Sequence record: NC_047812.1
Length of the DNA: 44,234 nucleotides
Direction: 5' to 3' (one strand)
DNA from: Escherichia phage vB_EcoS_CEB_EC3a
The notes beneath the pieces are model-generated. The model was not told the origin of the DNA. It searched no databases and worked only from the letters and a program-made list of their open reading frames with translations. Of the stretch, positions 1 to 7,648 are shown one piece after another. Position 1 is the first letter of the stretch; the number at the start of each line of letters is the position of its first letter. Both the position numbers and the translations under genes were made by a program.

Positions 1-89
1 CTAAGCTGACACGTAACGCCTGTAGCGCGATGTAAGCCAATGCCTATCGTTACGCTAGTTACGCGAAGCTACGCCCAGACTTACACTAT

Positions 90-345
90 AAGTGCCTAAT
101 ATATATATATATCTTCTTTCTATTATTATTATTATTATTAATATTATTGTATGTAAGTCATGTAACAGGGGTCCTGGCGATATCTATATGTTTTTTCCTA
201 TCAGTTATAGCCGAGGCTATAATTTAGGGTATGGTGGGGGTGTTTTGGGGATGTTTGCATCGTTACACGCACGACACGCTACTCACATTGAGCTATAGCT
301 GGGCTGGCATGCCATTTCACGTAACGACCCCCAAAAGTTACCAAG
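90..345. promoter_or_regulatory. AT-rich block (copy A) with (TA)n, (TTA)n and ACGTAAC/GTTACG repeats; homologous to 26480-26760
   Basis: Shared ACATTGAGCTATAGCTGGGCTG (287-307 vs 26677-26698), shared ACGTAACGA, TCATGTAAC and TTATTATTATTA runs; no convincing ORF. Confidence 0.55.
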
Positions 346-413
346 AATTACACTTGACTACACGTGTAAGTCGGGATATTATGGACTCAACTTAAACGAG
401 AGGAGTGATAGAG

Positions 414-893
414 ATGAGCGAGAAGGTAACATTAGGCCAAGTGATTCGTGAGATGGTAAAAGCAGCGCTTAAGTCTGAGGATAAGCAGATCAGCGTGACA
501 CTCAACAAGATTGAGAGCCTTATTGGTGCCGAAGATGGTGGCCTACACAAGCTTAAGAGCTCATACATCTATAATACAACGGCTCGCATGCCTGAATTGA
601 GAGATGCAGGACTGAAGGCAACTCACCATTATGATGAAGAAAGGGGTATTAATGAATTTACTGGGAGTGAGATACTTGGAGACAAGAAGCTGGTTATCAA
701 ACTGATTCCAGGCTCGGCAAACATTGGAATCAGGAAGAAGACCAACGACGCGATCAAGAATGAGGCAATCACTGAGTTCAAGGCGAAGATTTCTAAGGTG
801 ATGCCAGACCTTTCTGAGTATGAGGGTGAAGCGCTTGCGGCAGCGATGAAGGCCATTAAAGATTACCGATTAATTATTGAGGAGATTAAATAA
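414..893 (+). CDS. hypothetical protein
   Basis: ORF with AGGAG RBS 8 nt upstream of ATG 414; first gene after regulatory block. Confidence 0.6.
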   Translation: MSEKVTLGQVIREMVKAALKSEDKQISVTLNKIESLIGAEDGGLHKLKSSYIYNTTARMPELRDAGLKATHHYDEERGINEFTGSEILGDKKLVIKLIPGSANIGIRKKTNDAIKNEAITEFKAKISKVMPDLSEYEGEALAAAMKAIKDYRLIIEEIK

Positions 894-1414
894 TGTTTGA
901 CTTTAAAGACAAACTAACAAGCGAGCAGATCATCAATATTGCACGTGCTGATGGTTATCCACTATTGCGAGTTGCAATCAATGCCAATGGATATCGTAGC
1001 TAAAATAAGTTCTGGGGTCAGCCTGATGCGTCAGAAGTATACAAAGATGAGGCGCTTGGGGTTCTGATTAAGCTAATCATGAAAATGGCAAGGAACGGCA
1101 AAGGAGTTGTCGGCATCAGATATCTATATGAAGGTGCTCGCAAGCTGAAACCATTTGCTGGGCGCGATGGAATGATGCTAGTGATCAAGGACAAGCTAAT
1201 TCCAGAGCTCGATAAGATGAATGTTACCTGTCTAATTGGAGATAAGGTTTACGTCAACCCTGCCTTGACGGATTTAAGCTGGCAACCAAACTTCAAAACT
1301 TACGAAGGTGAGCATGCTAGTAGACTACCATACCACTTGCGGTACAGTGAGGGTGAAGTGGAGATGGCTGTCGAGTTCTACCGGAAAGCTAAATCACTCC
1401 TGAACGGTGAATAG
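893..1414 (+). pseudogene. degenerate inverted paralog of gene 40729-42312: N-terminal fragment 893-1003 and frame-shifted C-terminal fragment 1079-1414, central ~430 codons missing
   Basis: MFDFKDKLTSEQ...LRVAINANGYR matches N-terminus and NGKGVVGIRYLYEGARKLKPF...CLIGDKVYVNP matches C-terminus of the 527-aa protein; fragments in different frames. Confidence 0.55.
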
Positions 1415-1454
1415 CACGGATTGCTAAACAATGGATCGGGTAGTCAGCTATAAT
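1412..1454 (+). promoter_or_regulatory. palindrome-promoter module (TAGCACGGATTGCTAAA, -10 TATAAT 1449-1454)
   Basis: Inverted repeat TAGCA-N5-TGCTA, 22 bp to -10, leader TTACCACATCGA; TAG 1412-1414 is stop of upstream ORF. Confidence 0.6.
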
Positions 1455-1484
1455 TACCACATCGACAACAAAGAGGAAATGAAG

Positions 1485-1685
1485 ATGAAAACTATGATTA
1501 TCGAAGATTTCGCAGGTGACATCACTGAGGTGTCTGCTTCAGTATATTACGACGGCATCGTGAGCATTGACATTGACACGGATAACTTAGGCGATGAAAT
1601 TACTATGTCTCACTATACACCAGAGCAAGCGCGCAAACTGGCGGCGGCATTAATCATGGCGGCGGAAGAGTCAGAGAAGCAATGA
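1485..1685 (+). CDS. hypothetical small protein
   Basis: ORF downstream of module; AAGAGGA RBS. Confidence 0.55.
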   Translation: MKTMIIEDFAGDITEVSASVYYDGIVSIDIDTDNLGDEITMSHYTPEQARKLAAALIMAAEESEKQ

Positions 1686-1698
1686 ATGAGAAATTATA

Positions 1699-1917
1699 AT
1701 GCAAGTATATACGAATAGTAATGGCGTAGAGTATTGTGTTGTTTACGGAGTGGTTCTTCGCACTGTTGGTGGCCTCGGGATCATCAACATTTCAGTGATC
1801 AAGCCTGAATCACTGGTGAAAGGAATCCAGGCCGGAATCTTCAGCTTTCACTCAACGCTGACGGCTAAGCAGTATGTTACCCTCGCCAACGCGGTTAAGT
1901 ACGGTTTTATCAAATAG
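1699..1917 (+). CDS. hypothetical small protein
   Basis: ORF; weak RBS; stop TAG lies in palindrome variant. Confidence 0.45.
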   Translation: MQVYTNSNGVEYCVVYGVVLRTVGGLGIINISVIKPESLVKGIQAGIFSFHSTLTAKQYVTLANAVKYGFIK

Positions 1918-1932
1918 CACTTTTTGTTAAAA
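1915..1932 (+). promoter_or_regulatory. palindrome variant TAGCACTTTTTGTTAAAA without obvious downstream -10/leader
   Basis: Sequence match to motif family; followed by hairpin GGGGATT..AATCCCC. Confidence 0.4.
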
Positions 1933-2110
1933 AGGGGATTCATCCTGACTGGTGTAATCCCCACATCAACCAAACAAATGGAAGTTAAGTGACCATATAC
2001 GAACATAAATTCAGCAGTAGGGGTATTGATATGCTCCTGCACTATTTAGACGAAAAATACGCAAATCTCATGCTTAAGGCGCATGGTGGAACAATAACGA
2101 GGATTGAGAT

Positions 2111-2371
2111 ATGAGCAAGTACGACCGCGAGATTATTGGTATTGATGGCACAGTAACAACAGTAGATGTTTATCGCGTTCTTGATGCGTTCAGCGTATCT
2201 GACCCAGCCACTCAGCATGCGGTAAAGAAGATGCTTTGTATGGGGTTGCGTGGACACAAGGATTACATAACCGACCTTAACGACTCAATCGAGTCATTAC
2301 AGAAAGCCAAGGAGCTTTACGGGCAAAAGATGATTCATCAATCGGATAAATCAAATCTGCGTGGTAAATAG
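2111..2371 (+). CDS. hypothetical protein
   Basis: ORF with GAGGA RBS; stop TAG 2369-2371 is first triplet of palindrome. Confidence 0.6.
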   Translation: MSKYDREIIGIDGTVTTVDVYRVLDAFSVSDPATQHAVKKMLCMGLRGHKDYITDLNDSIESLQKAKELYGQKMIHQSDKSNLRGK

Positions 2372-2411
2372 CACGAATTGCTAAACCCTCTCCGCAGGGT
2401 TTTGTTATAGT
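2369..2411 (+). promoter_or_regulatory. palindrome-promoter module (TAGCACGAATTGCTAAA, TGTTATAGT extended -10 at 2403-2411)
   Basis: Motif family member; 22 bp spacing. Confidence 0.6.
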
Positions 2412-2440
2412 TAGTTCACACCAAACGAGAGGAAAAAAAG

Positions 2441-2671
2441 ATGATTACAATTAACCTGTCAGAGAAAGATGCGTCAACACTCAAGCAGCTTCTTTCAGGA
2501 AATCCGGTGCACACTAATGTTTATAACTTTGGTGAAGTAGAAAGGGAGGTTATCGCACAAATAAACAACCAGCAATTCGACGTAAGTGACTTCGAAAGTT
2601 CTAGACAATACGAGGCGATGAGCGTCAATGCTGCATACCTGACCAACTGGGATAAGGCGACTAATAAATGA
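2441..2671 (+). CDS. hypothetical protein
   Basis: ORF with GAGAGGA RBS downstream of module. Confidence 0.6.
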   Translation: MITINLSEKDASTLKQLLSGNPVHTNVYNFGEVEREVIAQINNQQFDVSDFESSRQYEAMSVNAAYLTNWDKATNK

Positions 2672-2994
2672 TTTACATCCACACATATGGCGTAGGCAAG
2701 TTCGGAAAAGAGATTCATCGCACTGTTCACGATACGAAGGAATCAGCCGAAGCAGCACAAAAAGTTCTAGGCGGTGAGTTCAAGGCTTACCGCGAATCCG
2801 ATGACTCAGTTGATTGCTGGCGTGTAGAGCACATGCGAAACGTGCTTGAAAGTGAAGTATCCGAGCTTATAGACAACATGACATGTCACGGCCCAGGCGG
2901 TCCATGGGAGGAGCCAGGATCACCGGAATGGGATTGCGAAAAAGTTGAAACTATGAACAAGATTAGCGATATAATTGATGGTGTTTATCAGTGA
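2668..2994 (+). CDS. hypothetical protein
   Basis: ORF overlapping previous stop (ATGA coupling). Confidence 0.55.
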   Translation: MIYIHTYGVGKFGKEIHRTVHDTKESAEAAQKVLGGEFKAYRESDDSVDCWRVEHMRNVLESEVSELIDNMTCHGPGGPWEEPGSPEWDCEKVETMNKISDIIDGVYQ

Positions 2995-3088
2995 TTTTTT
3001 GATAAAATGATGCATCCTTAACGCCTCTTGGCAGCAGAAGGTGCTCGGTGGCACAATCAAGGTTTGCGAGATAATTAAAGAATACAAA

Positions 3089-3131
3089 TAGCACTAATTG
3101 CTAAACCATCATTGGGGTAATTTGTTATAGT
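3089..3131 (+). promoter_or_regulatory. palindrome-promoter module (TAGCACTAATTGCTAAA, TATAGT 3126-3131)
   Basis: Motif family member with leader TTACCACACCCAAAC. Confidence 0.6.
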
Positions 3132-3161
3132 TACCACACCCAAACTAACGAGGTTATAAGA

Positions 3162-3266
3162 ATGAGTGAATTAATTAAAACTATCGCGGACTATCCATTT
3201 GCTTCGCTTTTTCTTGCTCTTGCAATATATGAAATTGTAAAGATTATTGTAAAATGTATTAAATAG
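3162..3266 (+). CDS. 34-aa hydrophobic micropeptide (MSELIKTIADYPFASLFLALAIYEIVKIIVKCIK)
   Basis: Short ORF between two modules, CGAGG RBS; single predicted transmembrane helix; stop TAG in next palindrome. Confidence 0.45.
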   Translation: MSELIKTIADYPFASLFLALAIYEIVKIIVKCIK

Positions 3267-3306
3267 CACGAATTTCTAAAACATTATCGGGGTATCTTGC
3301 TATAGT
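3264..3306 (+). promoter_or_regulatory. palindrome-promoter module (TAGCACGAATTTCTAAA, TATAGT 3301-3306)
   Basis: Motif family member; leader TTACCCCATCAAAACGAAAC. Confidence 0.6.
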
Positions 3307-3336
3307 TACCCCATCAAAACGAAACAGGAAGCAGAA

Positions 3337-3516
3337 ATGAAATTTCAACAAGGCGAGCCAAAGCTACAAGCCAACCACTTCGACGGCTACGCAACATTCA
3401 TCATTGCTCAGGCTTTCGGAATGCGTGAAGACCCACAGGTTCACACCATTCACATGACTGAAGAGCAGGCCCGAGAGTTGGCATACGAAATTCTAGAGCA
3501 ATTGAATAAGATTTAA
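3337..3516 (+). CDS. hypothetical small protein (59 aa)
   Basis: ORF read directly from sequence; RBS GGAAG. Confidence 0.5.
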   Translation: MKFQQGEPKLQANHFDGYATFIIAQAFGMREDPQVHTIHMTEEQARELAYEILEQLNKI

Positions 3517-3567
3517 CGCGCACAAAACGCATTCTTACGAACAATAATTTAAGTAAGGTGATTAATC

Positions 3568-3693
3568 ATGGAAGTGCAAGAGAGCGCCGTAGAGTGGTGC
3601 AAGAGAATGCAGGACGAAGCTAAGACGGGTGAAGAGGCGATGGCTTACTACGAGATGGCGCAAATGTGGATGGAACGGGAGAAGAAAGAATGA
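3568..3693 (+). CDS. hypothetical small protein (41 aa)
   Basis: ORF with AAGGTGA RBS. Confidence 0.45.
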   Translation: MEVQESAVEWCKRMQDEAKTGEEAMAYYEMAQMWMEREKKE

Positions 3694-3833
3694 GTTTCAC
3701 TGAATACGTGATCGCATGCGAGCGACTGGTCTTTGATATGAAAACCTTCCACTGGTTCATCATTAAGGATTTAATCAAGCCTTATAAGCAGGGCGTTACG
3801 CCGGAGCGGTTTGTTAAGTCATTTTATAAATAG
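3690..3833 (+). CDS. hypothetical small protein (47 aa)
   Basis: ATGA overlap with previous; stop TAG 3831-3833 in palindrome. Confidence 0.45.
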   Translation: MSFTEYVIACERLVFDMKTFHWFIIKDLIKPYKQGVTPERFVKSFYK

Positions 3834-3873
3834 CACGAATTGCTCAACGCAGTCGACACGGATGGCATATAAT
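3831..3873 (+). promoter_or_regulatory. palindrome-promoter module (TAGCACGAATTGCTCAA, TATAAT 3868-3873)
   Basis: Motif family member, 21 bp spacing. Confidence 0.55.
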
Positions 3874-3903
3874 CACCTTACCAACACAACGAGAGATTGA
3901 GAC

Positions 3904-4044
3904 ATGAAGAACACATATAAATTTTATTATGAAGAAGAGTTTGTGGATGATTTAATTTACTTCAATGAGAAATATGGCGACGAGTTCGTCTGCAATGGGG
4001 ATGAAATGGAAGTGACTGCAAGCTTCAGTAGGGGGTTGAATTAA
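3904..4044 (+). CDS. hypothetical small protein (46 aa)
   Basis: ORF with GAGAG RBS downstream of module. Confidence 0.5.
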   Translation: MKNTYKFYYEEEFVDDLIYFNEKYGDEFVCNGDEMEVTASFSRGLN

Positions 4045-4283
4045 TGTTCGGATTATCAGAAGCGCACTTTAACGCAGTTAAACGTCAGGCTGCAAAGTTG
4101 AACGAAGAGTACAGCAAGTTATCGCCAAAGCAGCGCAAGGATGATAAGCAGGTTGCAGCATTGATTTCGAAGATGTGGGAGCCAGTTTTTACAATCATTA
4201 GTCGGGACCGTTTTGTTTGGACTAGCGGATATCTTAAGGGACGTGTTGGTCATGACGAGAATGGGAATAGCCTTTATGAGTAA
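4044..4283 (+). CDS. hypothetical protein
   Basis: ORF from six-frame track, coupled to upstream gene. Confidence 0.55.
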   Translation: MFGLSEAHFNAVKRQAAKLNEEYSKLSPKQRKDDKQVAALISKMWEPVFTIISRDRFVWTSGYLKGRVGHDENGNSLYE

Positions 4284-4383
4284 GTTCATCGATTGCGTTA
4301 TTTACACGCTATGCGTAGCGCTGGCTTCGGCTTCGGTTATGTTAATCATTGCGGCGATTATGATGATGTTGGGGTATGTATGA
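4276..4383 (+). CDS. 35-aa hydrophobic micropeptide (MSKFIDCVIYTLCVALASASVMLIIAAIMMMLGYV)
   Basis: Short ORF overlapping previous stop; predicted membrane helix. Confidence 0.4.
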   Translation: MSKFIDCVIYTLCVALASASVMLIIAAIMMMLGYV

Positions 4384-4661
4384 GTGAGTTAACAATCTGG
4401 TTTATCGCGGGGCTGATTACTTGGGCTTACTTTTTAATCGTTTAGATGGAGATTGTTAAAAAGAGCTTGCATCACTGACCGGAATTATCTAATATTAACC
4501 ACGTAGACAAACGAGGCCACCAGGTGGCAACGGCGCACGGAGCGCAACTACTAAGTCCGTTGCTCATTAAGTAGCGTAGGCGGCATTAAGACCTAGCGCA
4601 AATAGGCAGATTAACCGGCTGTATCAGGCAGCCCCGGAGCCGTAACCGGGAATCATCAAAA

Positions 4662-4739
4662 GCTCTGCTAGCTCAACAGGACAGCAGCAACGACCTTCTA
4701 AGTCGTAGGTTACTGGTTCGAATCCAGTGCGGAGCGCCA
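4662..4739 (+). tRNA. tRNA-Arg (anticodon TCT), CCA encoded
   Basis: Manual cloverleaf: acceptor GCTCTGC/GCGGAGC, anticodon stem ACGAC/GTCGT with loop CTTCTAA, T-arm ACTGG-TTCGAAT-CCAGT, discriminator G + CCA. Confidence 0.8.
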
Positions 4740-4745
4740 AATTAA

Positions 4746-4847
4746 CGTCGCGTTGCTAATGTTGGTTAAAGGGTGGAGCTTATACCTCCATAAAGCAATC
4801 TCCAGATAAGAGATGTAACGCAGGTTCGATTCCTGCCGCGACGACCA
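4746..4847 (+). tRNA. atypical tRNA-like gene (102 nt), possibly tRNA-Ile (anticodon GAT) with ~24-nt hairpin inserted in D-loop; CCA encoded
   Basis: Perfect 7-bp acceptor CGTCGCG/CGCGACG, canonical T-arm GCAGG-TTCGATT-CCTGC, anticodon-like hairpin ATCTC-CAGATAA-GAGAT, extra hairpin TGGAG-CTTATAC-CTCCA at 4774-4790. Confidence 0.5.
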
Positions 4848-4862
4848 ATAAAGGAGTTCATT

Positions 4863-5045
4863 ATGTGGGATGTGAAGTTGTCCATTCGCTTAATGGGCCG
4901 CTCGTGCAAGAATTGCACTCAAGATTATATCGCGTCAGTTGCCGCAATCAGCGCTGAGGATGCGGTAGCGAAAGTAAAGGATATGTCAGGCGCTGACCCT
5001 GACACCCACAAATTCCTGGTAGCTTACGTTCGTGAGCAAAAGTAA
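4863..5045 (+). CDS. hypothetical protein
   Basis: ORF with AAGGAG RBS right after tRNAs. Confidence 0.55.
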   Translation: MWDVKLSIRLMGRSCKNCTQDYIASVAAISAEDAVAKVKDMSGADPDTHKFLVAYVREQK

Positions 5046-5090
5046 AAAGTGTTATACCCTCGTTAAGTTTCGTTTCTCTCGTTGTTTTTA

Positions 5091-5113
5091 GCCCTCGCTT
5101 GAGGGCTTTTTTT
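5091..5113 (+). terminator. intrinsic terminator
   Basis: GCCCTC-GCTT-GAGGGC hairpin followed by TTTTTTT. Confidence 0.75.
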
Positions 5114-5124
5114 CGTCTGCAATA

Positions 5125-5133
5125 TGGTATAAT
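5125..5133 (+). promoter_or_regulatory. extended -10 promoter element TGgTATAAT for packaging/head operon
   Basis: TGnTATAAT consensus about 25 bp upstream of terS start. Confidence 0.5.
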
Positions 5134-5156
5134 CTGACCTCAACAAAGGAGGATTT

Positions 5157-5663
5157 ATGAGCAAAGCAGCATTAAAGATGGGCGAGGGAAATTTCAAGGC
5201 GCTCTACAACAAGAAGTATGGCGATATTGCTATGGTGGCAATCAACCGCAAGTACACGCCGGAAGAGGTATTTGACTTTGCCGTTCGATACTTCTCCTGG
5301 GCTGAGAGTGAGGCAATCAAAGCCATTGAGACGGCGGCATTCCATGGAGTTGTCAGTGAAAACCTTGTACACAAGCCTAGGGTGTTCACATTAACCGGGC
5401 TGGCGCTATTTATGGGTGTTAACATCAATAGATTCGCTCGGTGGCGTACTGAGGCTGGGTACTCTGATGTGATGGAATTCATTGATAGCGTAATCTACGA
5501 GCAGAAATATCAGCTTGGCGTTGCGGGTATCATCAACTCCACAATCGTTGGTAAAGAACTTGGCATTGATAAGCCGCAGGAGATTACCATTAGCAACAAC
5601 TCAACAGCTAACGATGTTGACAGTATGAAGGAAGCTCTGGAATCTGTAATTAGCAAGCTATAA
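5157..5663 (+). CDS. terS: terminase small subunit (putative)
   Basis: 168-aa ORF immediately upstream of large terminase, AAGGAGG RBS; position-based call. Confidence 0.55.
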   Translation: MSKAALKMGEGNFKALYNKKYGDIAMVAINRKYTPEEVFDFAVRYFSWAESEAIKAIETAAFHGVVSENLVHKPRVFTLTGLALFMGVNINRFARWRTEAGYSDVMEFIDSVIYEQKYQLGVAGIINSTIVGKELGIDKPQEITISNNSTANDVDSMKEALESVISKL

Positions 5664-5680
5664 CAATAAGAGGGTATAAC

Positions 5681-7246
5681 ATGTCTTTAGTATGGGAAGA
5701 AATGACCATTCAGGAAAAGATGGCCGTTAAGGCGATATCAGAACACAGCTTCGAGGGTTTCCTTCGTTGCTGGTTCCAGATTACACAAGGCGAGCGATAC
5801 ATCCCTAACTGGCATCACAAGTACTTGTGCAGAATCATTGATGAGATTATCGCAGGAGATCGCAAGGACACCATCATTAACATAGCACCAGGCAGCGGAA
5901 AGACGGAAATTGCCTCAATCCACTTCCCGGCCTATTCGATGGTTAAGCTTAGGAAGGTGCGCAACCTTAACATCTCTTTTGCTGACTCCCTGGTTAAGCG
6001 TAACTCGAAGCGAGTACGTGACCTTATCAAGTCTCAAGAATTTCAGTCACTCTGGCCATGCAAATTTGGCACCTGCAAAGACGATGAGCTTCAGGTTCTT
6101 GATGAGAGTGGCAAGGTTAGATTTGAGTCAATATCAAAGGCGGCTGGAGGCCAGATTACTGGCGCTCGCGGTGGGTACATAACCGAAACATACAGCGGAG
6201 CCGTTCTTTTGGATGACTTTGACAAACCCGCAGATATGTTATCAGCAGTGTACCGCTCGAATAATCACGTAATGCTTAAAAATACGATTCGCTCACGTCG
6301 AGCCAGTTCTGTAAAAGGCAAAGCGACACCAATCATTTCGATACAGCAGCGGCTTCACGTCAATGACTCAACCTATTTCATGATGGAAGGCGGCATGGGT
6401 ATCGAATTCGATTTGATTAAGATACCAGCATTAGTTACTGAGGATTACCTAGACACACTACCTGAATGGATTAAAGAACAGTTTGAAGAGGATGTCCTTA
6501 GTAGTGAATACATAGAGCGCGATGGAGTAAGGTATTACAGCTACTTCCCTAAAAAGGAGTCAGTCAATGACTTGGTTGCGATGTGGGATAGTGACCCTTA
6601 CACCTTCCTTAGTCAGTATCAACAAGAACCAGTAGCTCTAGGTGGCAACCTTATTAACGTAGATTGGTTCCAGCGCCTTAGCGACACGTTCAGACCTCCA
6701 GCTAAGTACGATTATAGATTTATAACTTGCGATACAGCTATGACTACAAAAAGTTATAGTGACTTCTCTGTCCTTCAATTGTGGGGTTATAAAGATGCTA
6801 AGATTTACCTTATTGACCAGCGCAGGGGGAAATGGGAAGCGCCCGAGTTAGAGGCAGAGTTAATCGATTTCGAGAAGAAATCAAGGGCAACCAGTCAATC
6901 GGATGGTATCCTCCGAAAGATTATCATCGAGAAGAAAGCATCTGGAATCGGACTCATTCAATCAGCAAGTCGAGTCATGAGAACGCCAGTGGAACCTTAT
7001 GTTCCTGATAATGACAAGTTAACAAGGGTGATGAGTGCGCTGCCACAGATTAAGGCTGGTAACGTAGTTCTTCCTGAGTCTGCGCCGTGGTTAAGCGGAT
7101 TGCTTACTGAGATTGCGGCATTTACCGCTGACGACAGCCATAATCACGACGACCAAATTGATACCATGACAATGGCTATCAACCTGGTTCTGAACATTGC
7201 GGATGATCCTAAGTCGAGACTGATGCGCATAGCGGGAATGAAATAG
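5681..7246 (+). CDS. terL: terminase large subunit
   Basis: 521 aa; Walker A-like APGSGKTE near N-terminus; C-terminal nuclease-like acidic region; precedes portal. Confidence 0.85.
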   Translation: MSLVWEEMTIQEKMAVKAISEHSFEGFLRCWFQITQGERYIPNWHHKYLCRIIDEIIAGDRKDTIINIAPGSGKTEIASIHFPAYSMVKLRKVRNLNISFADSLVKRNSKRVRDLIKSQEFQSLWPCKFGTCKDDELQVLDESGKVRFESISKAAGGQITGARGGYITETYSGAVLLDDFDKPADMLSAVYRSNNHVMLKNTIRSRRASSVKGKATPIISIQQRLHVNDSTYFMMEGGMGIEFDLIKIPALVTEDYLDTLPEWIKEQFEEDVLSSEYIERDGVRYYSYFPKKESVNDLVAMWDSDPYTFLSQYQQEPVALGGNLINVDWFQRLSDTFRPPAKYDYRFITCDTAMTTKSYSDFSVLQLWGYKDAKIYLIDQRRGKWEAPELEAELIDFEKKSRATSQSDGILRKIIIEKKASGIGLIQSASRVMRTPVEPYVPDNDKLTRVMSALPQIKAGNVVLPESAPWLSGLLTEIAAFTADDSHNHDDQIDTMTMAINLVLNIADDPKSRLMRIAGMK

Positions 7247-7286
7247 CACAAATTGCTAAACACTAAAGCCACGGATGGCGTATAGT
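7244..7286 (+). promoter_or_regulatory. palindrome-promoter module (TAGCACAAATTGCTAAA, TATAGT 7281-7286)
   Basis: Motif family member; TAG 7244-7246 is terL stop. Confidence 0.6.
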
Positions 7287-7315
7287 TACTTCACACAAAC
7301 GAGAGGAGAAGAAAG

Positions 7316-7648
7316 ATGAAGGCAGTATTTAAAGGTTATAAAAAAGCTGGTTGTTTGGAATTTACTATTGGTAAGATTTATGAGCTATCAACGGCAACTG
7401 AGGCTTTCGGATTCTTAAAAGTGACTGATGACGATGGATTTAATGGAGTAATTATCCCAGGTGACACCTATGATTTCGAGGTGCTGATTCCAGATGAATT
7501 TATCAATAAAAAAAAGCAATTTAAATATTACATTAATGGCGAAGTGGTTACTAAGACAAAGTTCGATGATACGCTGTTATGCGTCAAGGATTTTAAATCT
7601 GATGGCATTGACACATCATCAATCAAGTTCGAAGTAAAATTCGAGTAA
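7316..7648 (+). CDS. hypothetical protein, moron-like insertion between terminase and portal
   Basis: 110-aa ORF with own module upstream and terminator downstream; GAGAGGAG RBS. Confidence 0.6.
   Translation: MKAVFKGYKKAGCLEFTIGKIYELSTATEAFGFLKVTDDDGFNGVIIPGDTYDFEVLIPDEFINKKKQFKYYINGEVVTKTKFDDTLLCVKDFKSDGIDTSSIKFEVKFE

Noticed and set aside
92-298. 68-aa ORF in the six-frame track
   Set aside because: Lies entirely inside the AT-rich repeat block with (TA)n/(TTA)n runs; no RBS; low-complexity translation; interpreted as non-coding regulatory DNA
1933-1961. Hairpin GGGGATT...AATCCCC as intrinsic terminator
   Set aside because: Not followed by a T-run on either strand
4774-4790. Alternative fold of tRNA-like gene with hairpin 4774-4790 as anticodon arm (anticodon UAU)
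   Set aside because: Would require a 29-nt variable arm and gives no acceptable D-arm; the D-loop-insertion fold is more parsimonious, but both remain unverified
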